A stretch of 64,000 bases of DNA, taken from IMG/VR virus record IMGVR_UViG_3300031787_000001, positions 124,001-188,000 of that record. One strand, 5' to 3'. The notes below the pieces were generated by a model. The model saw only the letters and a program-made list of their open reading frames with translations. It searched no databases and was not told the origin of the DNA. Position 1 is the stretch's first letter, and each line of letters opens with the position of its first letter. Below, piece after piece: positions 39,930 to 48,203 of this stretch. Both the position numbers and the translations under genes were made by a program.

Positions 39930-40601
39930 ATGCAAATCGTTATCAATAATTTACAATTTCCGTATGACATTGGTTGTCGTATTTTGAAAGTGAAACACAA
40001 AGATTGTCCTTTCAGTCAGTTGGAAGATATTTGGGAAGATATTACCCCGATTACTTTCAAAGAGATAGCCCAATTAGAGAACTTGGAACAACGCCGTGTG
40101 GCTATGTTGAACTATGGGTTAGATAGATTGGTCAAAGAGATTAAACCCGAATTGATTGATAAGAAAACATTGAAGAAAACAACAACTTGGGTTAGTCAAG
40201 ACGGACAACTTGTTACCAAAAAATTCAATGACACTTATGAACTTTACAAAGTTAATGGGGAAGTTTTCGGTAAGGCTCGTAATTCTTGGTCAAAACCTGA
40301 TGATTGTTACTATGTAAAGTGTAAGGACACAAGTACCGACAGAGAGTATTTCATTTGGGTTGATATGAAAAGTGTGGCAAACACAAATGGTCAGGGTTGG
40401 AATTGGGATATTAAAAAGGTCAATGCAATTCAGGCAATTGCTTGGACTATTCAAACGGACATTCCCGAAGGTTGTATTGAGAAGATTGTAAGACAGGGAG
40501 ATTGTGTGTTGATTAAACCGATAGGGAAGAAAGTAAAGTCGGAAAGTACAAGACACTTAACGGAAAGTGAGTACAAAAATCTGTTGGTCGCTGAGAGTTA
40601 G
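39930..40601 (+). CDS. DUF6745-like protein
   Basis: NLEQRRV, C.DTSTDREY..WV, AIAWT, RQGD. Confidence 0.6.
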   Translation: MQIVINNLQFPYDIGCRILKVKHKDCPFSQLEDIWEDITPITFKEIAQLENLEQRRVAMLNYGLDRLVKEIKPELIDKKTLKKTTTWVSQDGQLVTKKFNDTYELYKVNGEVFGKARNSWSKPDDCYYVKCKDTSTDREYFIWVDMKSVANTNGQGWNWDIKKVNAIQAIAWTIQTDIPEGCIEKIVRQGDCVLIKPIGKKVKSESTRHLTESEYKNLLVAES

Positions 40602-40689
40602 TAGTTTTTGACAAATGAAAGGGGGTACAATTAGTACCCCTTTTTTTATGCACTTTTTGTGCACTCGATCTGCATATTAACAGGTGAGA

Positions 40690-40726
40690 TTTTCTGTGGC
40701 GGATCAACTATACTCGCCACAGAAAA
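40690..40726. repeat. TGGC inverted element, spacer 15
   Basis: TTTTCTGTGGC/GCCACAGAAAA. Confidence 0.9.
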
Positions 40727-40835
40727 TTCTTGGTTCAGATCCTGAAATTTTTAGATATAATATCTTAACTAAACTTTAACGAAAATAAATTTGGAATCAA
40801 AATATATAAGTTGTATATTTGTAAAAATTAAAATT

Positions 40836-41600
40836 ATGATTTACACAACTAAAGCTCAAGCAAAAAAATTAACGGGTATCGGTTACCTGGGGTCGGTTAA
40901 CTTAACTACCAAACATCAGAAGGCGTACAAGTACAATGAACTTACTTATAGTTTATACCTCGCACCCGCAAAGTCAAGTGGTTATGAGGTTTGTCCTATG
41001 AGAAGTGAAGAATGTACATTGCTATGTTTGAACGAATCGGGAATGAATAAAATGACACAGAAGGTAAAGGGTGATGTTATTAATGAATCTAGAATTAAAA
41101 AAACGAAATTATTCTTTGAACACAGGGAATTTTTTGTTAATTGGATGATAGATGAAATATACACCGCAAAGAAAAAGGCAGATAAACTCGGTCACAAGTT
41201 CAGTGTTCGTTTAAACAATACATCAGATATAACCCCCGAAAGTTTTTATGTGACATATAAAGGAGAAGTGAGAAATGTATTACAGATTTTCCCCGATGTT
41301 AAATTTTACGATTACACGAAAGTTCCGAAACGAATTGAATTGTTAAAGAAGTACAATAACTACGATTTAACATTTTCATTTAGTGGATATAACTTTCCCG
41401 ATTGTATTAGTATGTTGAATAATGATGTTAGAGTGGCGGTCGTATTTAGAAAAGAATTACCCGAAACTTTCTGGGGTCGTAAAGTTATTGACGGGGATGA
41501 ATACGATATGAGATACTACGATGAAAAAAATGTTATTGTAGGTTTGAAATATAAAAGTGTTAGAAACAAGTTAAAGGATGATTACAAGTTCGTTGTTTAG
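40836..41600 (+). CDS. Phage GP88-like protein
   Basis: LYLAPA, VCP..C..CL, VRLN.TSDI, FYDYTK, IDGD..D.R. Confidence 0.7.
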   Translation: MIYTTKAQAKKLTGIGYLGSVNLTTKHQKAYKYNELTYSLYLAPAKSSGYEVCPMRSEECTLLCLNESGMNKMTQKVKGDVINESRIKKTKLFFEHREFFVNWMIDEIYTAKKKADKLGHKFSVRLNNTSDITPESFYVTYKGEVRNVLQIFPDVKFYDYTKVPKRIELLKKYNNYDLTFSFSGYNFPDCISMLNNDVRVAVVFRKELPETFWGRKVIDGDEYDMRYYDEKNVIVGLKYKSVRNKLKDDYKFVV

Positions 41601-41690
41601 TAGTTTTTGTTTTGATAGAGAACCCACCAGTAAAATGGTGGGTTTTTTATTGCTGTTACCAGAGCAGATCGCAGCGCAAAGCACAGTGGA

Positions 41691-41835
41691 ATTTCTGTGG
41701 CAGAATAGTTTTATTGATTATCAATGAGTTATGAAAATAGCAAAAGTTGCAAAAGTTGCAGCAACACCAGAGCAAGTTGCCAGATTCAGAGCTATGGATT
41801 TTCTGTGGCAGACATTTGTATTACGCCACAGAATA
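41691..41835. repeat. Expanded element: half-site 41691-41701 plus pair 41799-41835 (spacer 15)
   Basis: TTTTCTGTGGC/GCCACAGAATA. Confidence 0.85.
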
Positions 41836-41967
41836 TTTTTACCGTGCCGGGCTGGGGTCGTGATCAAAAATATTTTTGCAAAATTTTAACAAAATATATT
41901 TGGATTATAACTTTATCCGTTGTATATTTGTGATGTCATTAATTATTAAACTCTAAATTTTATTAAC

Positions 41968-42423
41968 ATGGGAACTAGATCTCTCACAACATTCATTGAA
42001 AGATGGAACGATGAAAAGACAGGTAAAAAGAAACAAGTTAAGATTGTAACAATGTATCGTCAAATGGACGGTTACCCCGAAGGACACGGACTTGACCTCG
42101 CAGATTTTTTGGCTGGTGGTACTGTTGTTAATGGTTTGCCGATAGGTGTAATTACAGGTGAAGACAAGACACTTTACTTTAATGGAATGGGTTGTTTGTC
42201 CGCACAGGTAATCGGACATTTCAAAACCAATTCTGGAGGAATTTATTTACACAGGGGAGGAATTACCAACTGTTGGGAACAGTATCGATATGAGGTTATT
42301 GTAGATGAAGACAACCCGAAAGAAATCTTACTCCGTTGTTATGATGTGTATGACCGTAAATGGATATTCGAGGGAAACCCTAAAGATTTTGTTAAAAAAT
42401 ACAAAGAAAAAGAAAAAGTATAA
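41968..42423 (+). CDS. Hypothetical protein
   Basis: MGTRS, YRQ.DGYP.GHG motifs. Confidence 0.75.
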   Translation: MGTRSLTTFIERWNDEKTGKKKQVKIVTMYRQMDGYPEGHGLDLADFLAGGTVVNGLPIGVITGEDKTLYFNGMGCLSAQVIGHFKTNSGGIYLHRGGITNCWEQYRYEVIVDEDNPKEILLRCYDVYDRKWIFEGNPKDFVKKYKEKEKV

Positions 42424-42496
42424 AAAATATTTTTGTATTATAATTTAAAACTCCGTATATTTGTATCACATTATCTAACAATTTAAATTTTATTTT

Positions 42497-43039
42497 ATGG
42501 GATTAGACCAGTATCTCTCCAAGAAAACTTATGTTAAAAATTGGAGCTTCCACACTAAGGAACAAAAACACACTGTCACCGTTAAGAAGGGTGGTAAGAA
42601 AAGAACCGACATTAACCCTGAAAAAATCTCCTACATTGTTGAGGAAGTAATGTATTGGAGAAAAGCAAATCAAATTCATAATTGGTTTGTACAGAATGTT
42701 CAGGATGGTGAAGATAATTGTCGGGAACATTATGTGGAGAAAGAAAAACTGAAAGAACTTGTTGACACCTGTAAGAAAGTTCGTGACAGTTTATTGAAGT
42801 CCGAAATCAAATTGGTTCAAGCTGAGGTTGGTTGGGCTAATGGTGAGAAGATGTATGACAATATCGAAGTTTACACCGACACGGAAGTCGCGGAGGAATT
42901 GTTACCACCGAGTCCAGGTTTCTTCTTTGGTTCATATGAGTTCGATAAATGGTATCTTCAGGATATTGAAAATACTATTAACGCGATCGAACCACTATTA
43001 GACAGTGACGGTGAATTTTATTACGACTCGTCTTGGTAA
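42497..43039 (+). CDS. Hypothetical protein
   Basis: MGLD.YL, YWRKANQIH.WF, GFFFG motifs. Confidence 0.8.
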   Translation: MGLDQYLSKKTYVKNWSFHTKEQKHTVTVKKGGKKRTDINPEKISYIVEEVMYWRKANQIHNWFVQNVQDGEDNCREHYVEKEKLKELVDTCKKVRDSLLKSEIKLVQAEVGWANGEKMYDNIEVYTDTEVAEELLPPSPGFFFGSYEFDKWYLQDIENTINAIEPLLDSDGEFYYDSSW

Positions 43040-43113
43040 AAAAATATTGGGGATATTGTTTGGTAAAACGATATCCCCTTTATATCTTTGTATCACATTT
43101 TAAAATAAATCTT

Positions 43114-43982
43114 ATGACAAAAGAATTGTTACAAACTTGGACAACCAAAGCGAAAGAAGTATTAGAGGGACGAACTATTATATCAGTCCGTTATCTTAAT
43201 GATAAAGAAATGGAAATGATGGGTTGGTATAAACGACCTGTCGTGTTCTTCCTCGACAACGGAACATCCTGTATTCTCTCTATGGACGACGAGGGTAATG
43301 ATGGTGGTGTTTTATTCTATGGTAAAGATGGTGTATTACCTACACTTTAAAATAAATCTATATGAGAAGTTTTTTAGAATTAAAAACAGCAATAACAAAC
43401 GGTGTTCCATTAGTATGGAATGACCCTGACCCAATCAAAGGTACTGATTATACAATCACATACATTGAACCACTAGATGAAATTGATGATGATGAAGACC
43501 CAATGGGTTATCCAATTCTAATTCAATATGGGGGTTCAGAAGCTCAGGTTTATTTACATGAAATCATTTTAAAATAAATCTATATGAAAAAACGAATTAA
43601 AGTTAGGTTCAATCTCGGTAGAGGTAAGAACTATCTAAAATGGAAAATCGAATATCCATCAGGTGAGGTAGAGTATCATTATCCTATCAATGTACAACTC
43701 GTAATGAAGAACTGTCAGCTTAAGAACAACAGGAATGCCGCTGAGAAGATTTATAAAAATCAATCACACAAAGTCGTTTGTGCTTGGGTACTCTGTGAGG
43801 ATATCGATGTGAAGTTCGATAAATTTAAGGCGTATGACACGATGGATCTGGATCGATTAACATACAATCCAAGAAGATTACCATATTGGGTGAAAGATGA
43901 TGGTTATCTAATGTGTATGGATGGAGTAACAGTAAATGAAATTGGAACAGTGGATTATAAATTATTCATAACTAAAAATTAA
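43114..43982 (+). CDS. Three hypothetical ORFs (43114-43350, 43362-43577, 43584-43982)
   Basis: Each preceded by aaataaatct. Confidence 0.7.
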
Positions 43983-43986
43983 AACT

Positions 43987-44583
43987 ATGCCAAATTGGTG
44001 TTCAAACTCAATCACCATAACAGGTGATGAGGAAAAAATTAAATTCTTAAAGAATGTAATTGAGAATGGTATCCCCACTGAAAAACGACAGGAAGCGAAT
44101 GTTTTCATGACTCTCGTCGGAATTCCTCCTGACATGAATCTGTATGAATATGAACAGAAGTGGTATGGAACCAACATAGATAATTGGGGGACCAAATGGG
44201 ATGTGGCATATAATGAATCTTATTTCTCTTTTGAGGATACTGAAATAACCATGTCACCTGATACAGCTTGGTCACCACCAATTGGATTTGCTCAAAGTTT
44301 GGCAAGGAACTATGGGGTAAAGGTGGAGATGTACTATGAGGAACCAGGTTCCGACTTCTGTGGTAAAACTATAATCACTGAAGATGGTACGTTGACGGAG
44401 GAGGATTATGATTTTGTACATGGGAAATATGTCTTTGATAAAGAAGGTTTTTGGAATGAAATTATAAATAATATAGAGTTTGCAAAAGAAGATGATGTAT
44501 CTTTGGAAAACTTCATATTGGATTATGGTTATGTGAATGAAGAAGACAAAAAAGAGATTGAGAAATTATATAATGAATCATAG
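43987..44583 (+). CDS. DUF1281/YubB ferredoxin-like domain protein
   Basis: MPNWC.N, NWGTKWD, TAWSPP, Y.EPG. Confidence 0.75.
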   Translation: MPNWCSNSITITGDEEKIKFLKNVIENGIPTEKRQEANVFMTLVGIPPDMNLYEYEQKWYGTNIDNWGTKWDVAYNESYFSFEDTEITMSPDTAWSPPIGFAQSLARNYGVKVEMYYEEPGSDFCGKTIITEDGTLTEEDYDFVHGKYVFDKEGFWNEIINNIEFAKEDDVSLENFILDYGYVNEEDKKEIEKLYNES

Positions 44584-44628
44584 TTTTTATTTTTAACCAG
44601 CTGTTTATACAGCACAAATCAAACAAGT

Positions 44629-45108
44629 ATGGGTAGAGTTAACAAACTTACAGAGGGTGTGTTCACCAGTATCGTAGGTAATCAAACAATCATTCCTTCG
44701 TATGACAAATTCTTAAATGTTCAGGACGATTTAAAAAAACCGAGTCAGGAACTTAAGAAATTAATCACACAATACAAGAAAGAAATAACATCAAATAAAA
44801 CAATATTTGAGAAGTTAGCAAAGCTTGAGGATGTGATTATGCAGATCCGTACACGGGACAACCTGTCCAATGATATGATCAAATTGAACATTGTCCGTGA
44901 GTACATCTACGCTCGTATTCCTTTCCATCGTAACGATAAGGAATCAAACGACATCCGTGTCATCGTTGGATTAACTGAATTCAATGGTGTGGAAGTGGAC
45001 AAGATGTATGACAACAAAGAGTTTATGGACAAAGCCAAGAATAAATTGGTTGAGGCTATGAACGAGATTATTAACCAAAATTTGGAAACTGTAAATAAAA
45101 TAGATTAA
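44629..45108 (+). CDS. Hypothetical protein
   Basis: ORF track. Confidence 0.75.
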   Translation: MGRVNKLTEGVFTSIVGNQTIIPSYDKFLNVQDDLKKPSQELKKLITQYKKEITSNKTIFEKLAKLEDVIMQIRTRDNLSNDMIKLNIVREYIYARIPFHRNDKESNDIRVIVGLTEFNGVEVDKMYDNKEFMDKAKNKLVEAMNEIINQNLETVNKID

Positions 45109-45109
45109 T

Positions 45110-46027
45110 ATGAAAAAGATTAACAATGTATTATCATTATGTGACGGTATCTCAATGTTCCAATACGCATTGAAAAAATCAGGAATTGAGTACAAGAATT
45201 ATTTTTCAGGTGAGATCAGTGAAACTGCTATGAGTATAGCAATGAAGAATTTCCCGAAAACAAAACAACTTGGTGATATCCGTAACATCAAAGGAAAAAA
45301 TTTACCTGAGATCGATATTATGGTTGCGGGATTTCCTTGTCAACAATTCTCAAGAGCAGGTAATGAAGATGGATTAACAGATATTCACGGAAATGTTCTC
45401 GACACATACAAGAAGTATCGTGAAGCCGATAAAAAGGGATGGATTAGAGAAGGATCTCAATCACACATTTTTTGGGAAGTATATAGGATCTTCAAAGAAG
45501 TTAAACCGAAGTATTTCATTTTTGAGAATGTTAAAATGGATCCAAAGTGGATGTACATCATATCAACATCTTTCGGTGTTAGTCCCATCTTAATAGATTC
45601 AAAATTGGTTTCCGCTCAACATCGTGAGAGATACTATTGGACAAATATTCCTGGTGCTATAATTCCAAAAGATAAAGGAATTCATCTTTCAAGTATTATT
45701 CCTGATGCGATCGGTGGACACGGTGTTAGAAACATTGATACAGGTAAGAAAACTCCTGAAGGTAAAAAAGTTTGGCGTAAGAACGCTACAACAAGAAAAG
45801 ATGGTAAGGCCAACTGTTTAACAACAAGAAAGGGTAACTGTTCCAAAGTGGAATTAAAGGACGGAACCATTAGACAAATCACCATCGAGGAAGCTGAACA
45901 ACTTCAAAATCTCCCGAAGAACTATACCAAAGTTCCTGGTGTTGCTGAAGGTAAGAGGTGGCACGCCATCGGTAATGGGTTCACCGTCAATGTATTTGTT
46001 CACCTATTAAAAGGTCTTAAAAAATAA
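45110..46027 (+). CDS. DNA (cytosine-5)-methyltransferase
   Basis: GFPCQ (motif IV), FENV (VI), Q.RER (VIII), IGNG (X). Confidence 0.9.
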   Translation: MKKINNVLSLCDGISMFQYALKKSGIEYKNYFSGEISETAMSIAMKNFPKTKQLGDIRNIKGKNLPEIDIMVAGFPCQQFSRAGNEDGLTDIHGNVLDTYKKYREADKKGWIREGSQSHIFWEVYRIFKEVKPKYFIFENVKMDPKWMYIISTSFGVSPILIDSKLVSAQHRERYYWTNIPGAIIPKDKGIHLSSIIPDAIGGHGVRNIDTGKKTPEGKKVWRKNATTRKDGKANCLTTRKGNCSKVELKDGTIRQITIEEAEQLQNLPKNYTKVPGVAEGKRWHAIGNGFTVNVFVHLLKGLKK

Positions 46028-46078
46028 ATTTTGTGGAAAACATTTCACATATTATATTTGTAATCTAAATCCAAGTGT

Positions 46079-46426
46079 ATGACAAATAGCAATAGAATGT
46101 TAGTTCAGGATCTACAGAAACAACTGATCAATAAGGTTCTTTCCTTTATGGATGAGAATGATTTAAATATGGTGGAATTAAAAACCCCACTCAGGATCTT
46201 TGTTGAAGAACCATCATTTGATGATTATGTTATGGTTCCAATTGTGGCGAGGTCATTGTATGCTGATGGTTCCATCGGAGCTTATGATGAAGAAATAAAG
46301 ATCGAGAACTGTAGTATCTACGAGATCGCATACATAATGGATGTTCTCGAGAGTGGGGACTACACGGTAGATGAAGACGACTTTATCGATCCCGCTGGTG
46401 GACGAGGATTACATTCTCACATTTAA
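46079..46426 (+). CDS. Hypothetical protein
   Basis: ORF track. Confidence 0.7.
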   Translation: MTNSNRMLVQDLQKQLINKVLSFMDENDLNMVELKTPLRIFVEEPSFDDYVMVPIVARSLYADGSIGAYDEEIKIENCSIYEIAYIMDVLESGDYTVDEDDFIDPAGGRGLHSHI

Positions 46427-46451
46427 ATTTCGTAACTCAAAACTCAAGTAT

Positions 46452-47024
46452 ATGCACACTATCAATCTCGGAAAAAAAGTGGTCGTATCCGACCCTTGTT
46501 ACACCATCCCAACTTGGTGTCAAGCTGTAATCGAAAATGTAAAACCCGGCGTGTATCACACGACAGTCAGGAAACACGACGCTGGTGATTGGGGAAATCG
46601 TTGTTCAATGGTCTTTGCAATCCACGAGGAGTATGTTAACTTTGATCACCTGTTACACGGGAAATGGGAAGAACACCCAGCATCCATCGGAGTTGACTCG
46701 GGTCAATGTGGGATCTTTTCTTTTGAATCCTACAGGAATGACGAAGTTAAGTTCGATTTCGAACCATATGACTTCGGTAATGATTACCTTAGTAATAATG
46801 AGGGTGGTGACCTGTGGTATCGTCATATGTGTAAACACACATTGAGTGATCAATCTTGGGGAGTGTATGACAGTGGGATTGTTTCCAGTTCAGGATTCGG
46901 AGATGGAGCTTATCAATTGTATGTTGTTAAGAAACGAAACAAGATCGTGGCCTTCGCCATTGACTTTGGAGTTGAGGAGGGTAAGTACATCGACTTCGAT
47001 TACAGGAAGAAAGAATTAGTTTAA
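46452..47024 (+). CDS. DUF4241-like protein
   Basis: VSDPCY, GVDSGQ, SGFGDG.Y. Confidence 0.65.
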   Translation: MHTINLGKKVVVSDPCYTIPTWCQAVIENVKPGVYHTTVRKHDAGDWGNRCSMVFAIHEEYVNFDHLLHGKWEEHPASIGVDSGQCGIFSFESYRNDEVKFDFEPYDFGNDYLSNNEGGDLWYRHMCKHTLSDQSWGVYDSGIVSSSGFGDGAYQLYVVKKRNKIVAFAIDFGVEEGKYIDFDYRKKELV

Positions 47025-47090
47025 GAACTTGGTGGTCAAATGACCACCATTTTCATTTAAACCCTATTATAAAAATATAAATCTAATATT

Positions 47091-47519
47091 ATGTACTCAG
47101 ATAACTTGATCAGAATCATCAGACCATCTCAGTGGATTAATTTAATCTATATCGTTCTTGGTATTGCTTTGATCCAAACTATCTTTGTTCCCCTTCTTGC
47201 TGTCATCAAGATGTTGGATGTATATTTTTGGAGATATGAATTCAGGGAGAGGACCATCATTGAAAGAAGGGGAATATTATCCGTGACAAGGAAGGAGGTT
47301 CACTTCTACAGGATTAAATCCATCAGAATCGACGAACCACTGTGGATGAGAATCTTCGGACTGTCCAAAGTATCCATAATCACCTCCGATCAATATCATC
47401 CTGAATTGGTTTTATACGCTGTATCCGACGGACATTACCTCCGTGAGTACATTAGATCTAACACCGATCAGTGGAGAAAGCTCGAAGGAGTTAAAGAATT
47501 TGACCTATATAACCTATAA
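47091..47519 (+). CDS. Membrane protein with bacterial PH (bPH_2) domain
   Basis: TM pair; RGIL...EV..YRI......PL..RIFGL. Confidence 0.75.
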   Translation: MYSDNLIRIIRPSQWINLIYIVLGIALIQTIFVPLLAVIKMLDVYFWRYEFRERTIIERRGILSVTRKEVHFYRIKSIRIDEPLWMRIFGLSKVSIITSDQYHPELVLYAVSDGHYLREYIRSNTDQWRKLEGVKEFDLYNL

Positions 47520-47672
47520 TTTATGATAAGTAAGATTGCTTGGTTCTTTGATTACTACATCTTGTACTTCCTGTACAATGAGAGAAAGATCAACAGGTAC
47601 CATCGTAATATGATCAACAAGTACGGGGACAAATACAGAATACGAATCGACAGGTGAGATATGACCCCTCGA

Positions 47673-47683
47673 TTTTCTGTGGC
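47673..47683 (+). repeat. Unpaired TGGC half-site (another at 48160-48170)
   Basis: TTTTCTGTGGC. Confidence 0.55.
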
Positions 47684-47807
47684 AAATCCATATGGGAGAG
47701 GTATGCCCCGACAATAAGTTCTTTGAAATCCTTACTGGGATAAAGTTTTGTTAAAAAAAGTTACGGCAAGATTTTGTTTTCTACCATTCATTTTGTATGT
47801 TTATGAT

Positions 47808-48020
47808 ATGAAGAAAACAACAACCAAGGCTACTCGTGGAACAGGTTCCAAGACAGCCAACAAGACCCGCCGCACCACTTATGTTGCGGTAACGAACAAT
47901 GTTTACCATGACGGTACTAGTTACCGTGTACGTGTAAGTGTTGACGGTATCAAGTACAGCAAGAACTTCACTTCGAAGAAGAATGCTATTGCTTACCGCA
48001 ACCAGTTGTTGTCCGCTTAA
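47808..48020 (+). CDS. Small basic protein, AP2-like DNA-binding fold
   Basis: NVY....YRVRV..DG..YSKNF...A..YR. Confidence 0.55.
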   Translation: MKKTTTKATRGTGSKTANKTRRTTYVAVTNNVYHDGTSYRVRVSVDGIKYSKNFTSKKNAIAYRNQLLSA

Positions 48021-48112
48021 TTCGGACACAACCTCACACAGGTAAACAATCTCAGTAAGACCTTCGTGGATAAATCCTATACAGGTGTATGGGACCCACG
48101 GGGTCTTTTTAC

Positions 48113-48142
48113 ATTACGGACCTCCCTTCGGTCGGTCCTTCA
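48113..48142. repeat. 30-bp hairpin repeat, copy 1 (copy 2 at 49034-49063)
   Basis: attacggRcctcccttcggtcggYccttca. Confidence 0.85.
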
Positions 48143-48203
48143 GGAAAATGAACATCAGATTTTCCGTGGCATAACTATGCTCATTAATTAACCAAATATA
48201 TTT

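Larger units (their letters stand above)
18284..41648 (+). terminator. About 25 intrinsic terminators closing the early cassettes
   Basis: GC hairpin + T-run near 18285, 18901, 19680, 20452, 21052, 21761, 22782, 23218, 24011, 24990, 25905, 26758, 28438, 30233, 31691, 33033, 35639, 38284, 40619, 41621. Confidence 0.85.
17473..43090. promoter_or_regulatory. Roughly 35-40 Bacteroidota sigma70-type promoters (TTTGG..TATATTTG), most preceded by TTAACA-N5-TTAACA
   Basis: TTTGG at e.g. 18541, 19073, 19868, 20621, 21224, 21942, 22963, 23406, 25171, 26075, 28613, 29454, 30413, 31879, 33198, 38462, 40790, 41899. Confidence 0.85.

Noticed and set aside
18415-41835. Repeated elements as a CRISPR array
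   Set aside because: Repeats are degenerate inverted pairs separated by whole genes; no regular repeat-spacer period and no cas genes.
18415-41835. Elements as integron attC sites
   Set aside because: No conserved RYYYAAC/GTTRRRY ends, cassettes carry their own promoters, and no integrase in the window.
18415-41835. TGGC as a sigma54 -24 box
   Set aside because: No TTGC at the fixed GG-N10-GC spacing; spacing varies and the arms are inverted.
18415-41835. Arms as a conserved RNA hairpin family
   Set aside because: Only one clear compensatory pair (19752-19805); many non-wobble mismatches, lone half-sites, and a position between terminator and promoter. Disfavoured, not excluded.
18084-41933. 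ORFs crossing spacer elements (e.g. 18084, 19656, 20377, 20419, 21056, 22762, 24969, 31610, 31643, 40513, 41724)
   Set aside because: They overlap terminators/promoters, lack plausible starts, and any shared peptide arises from the DNA repeat.
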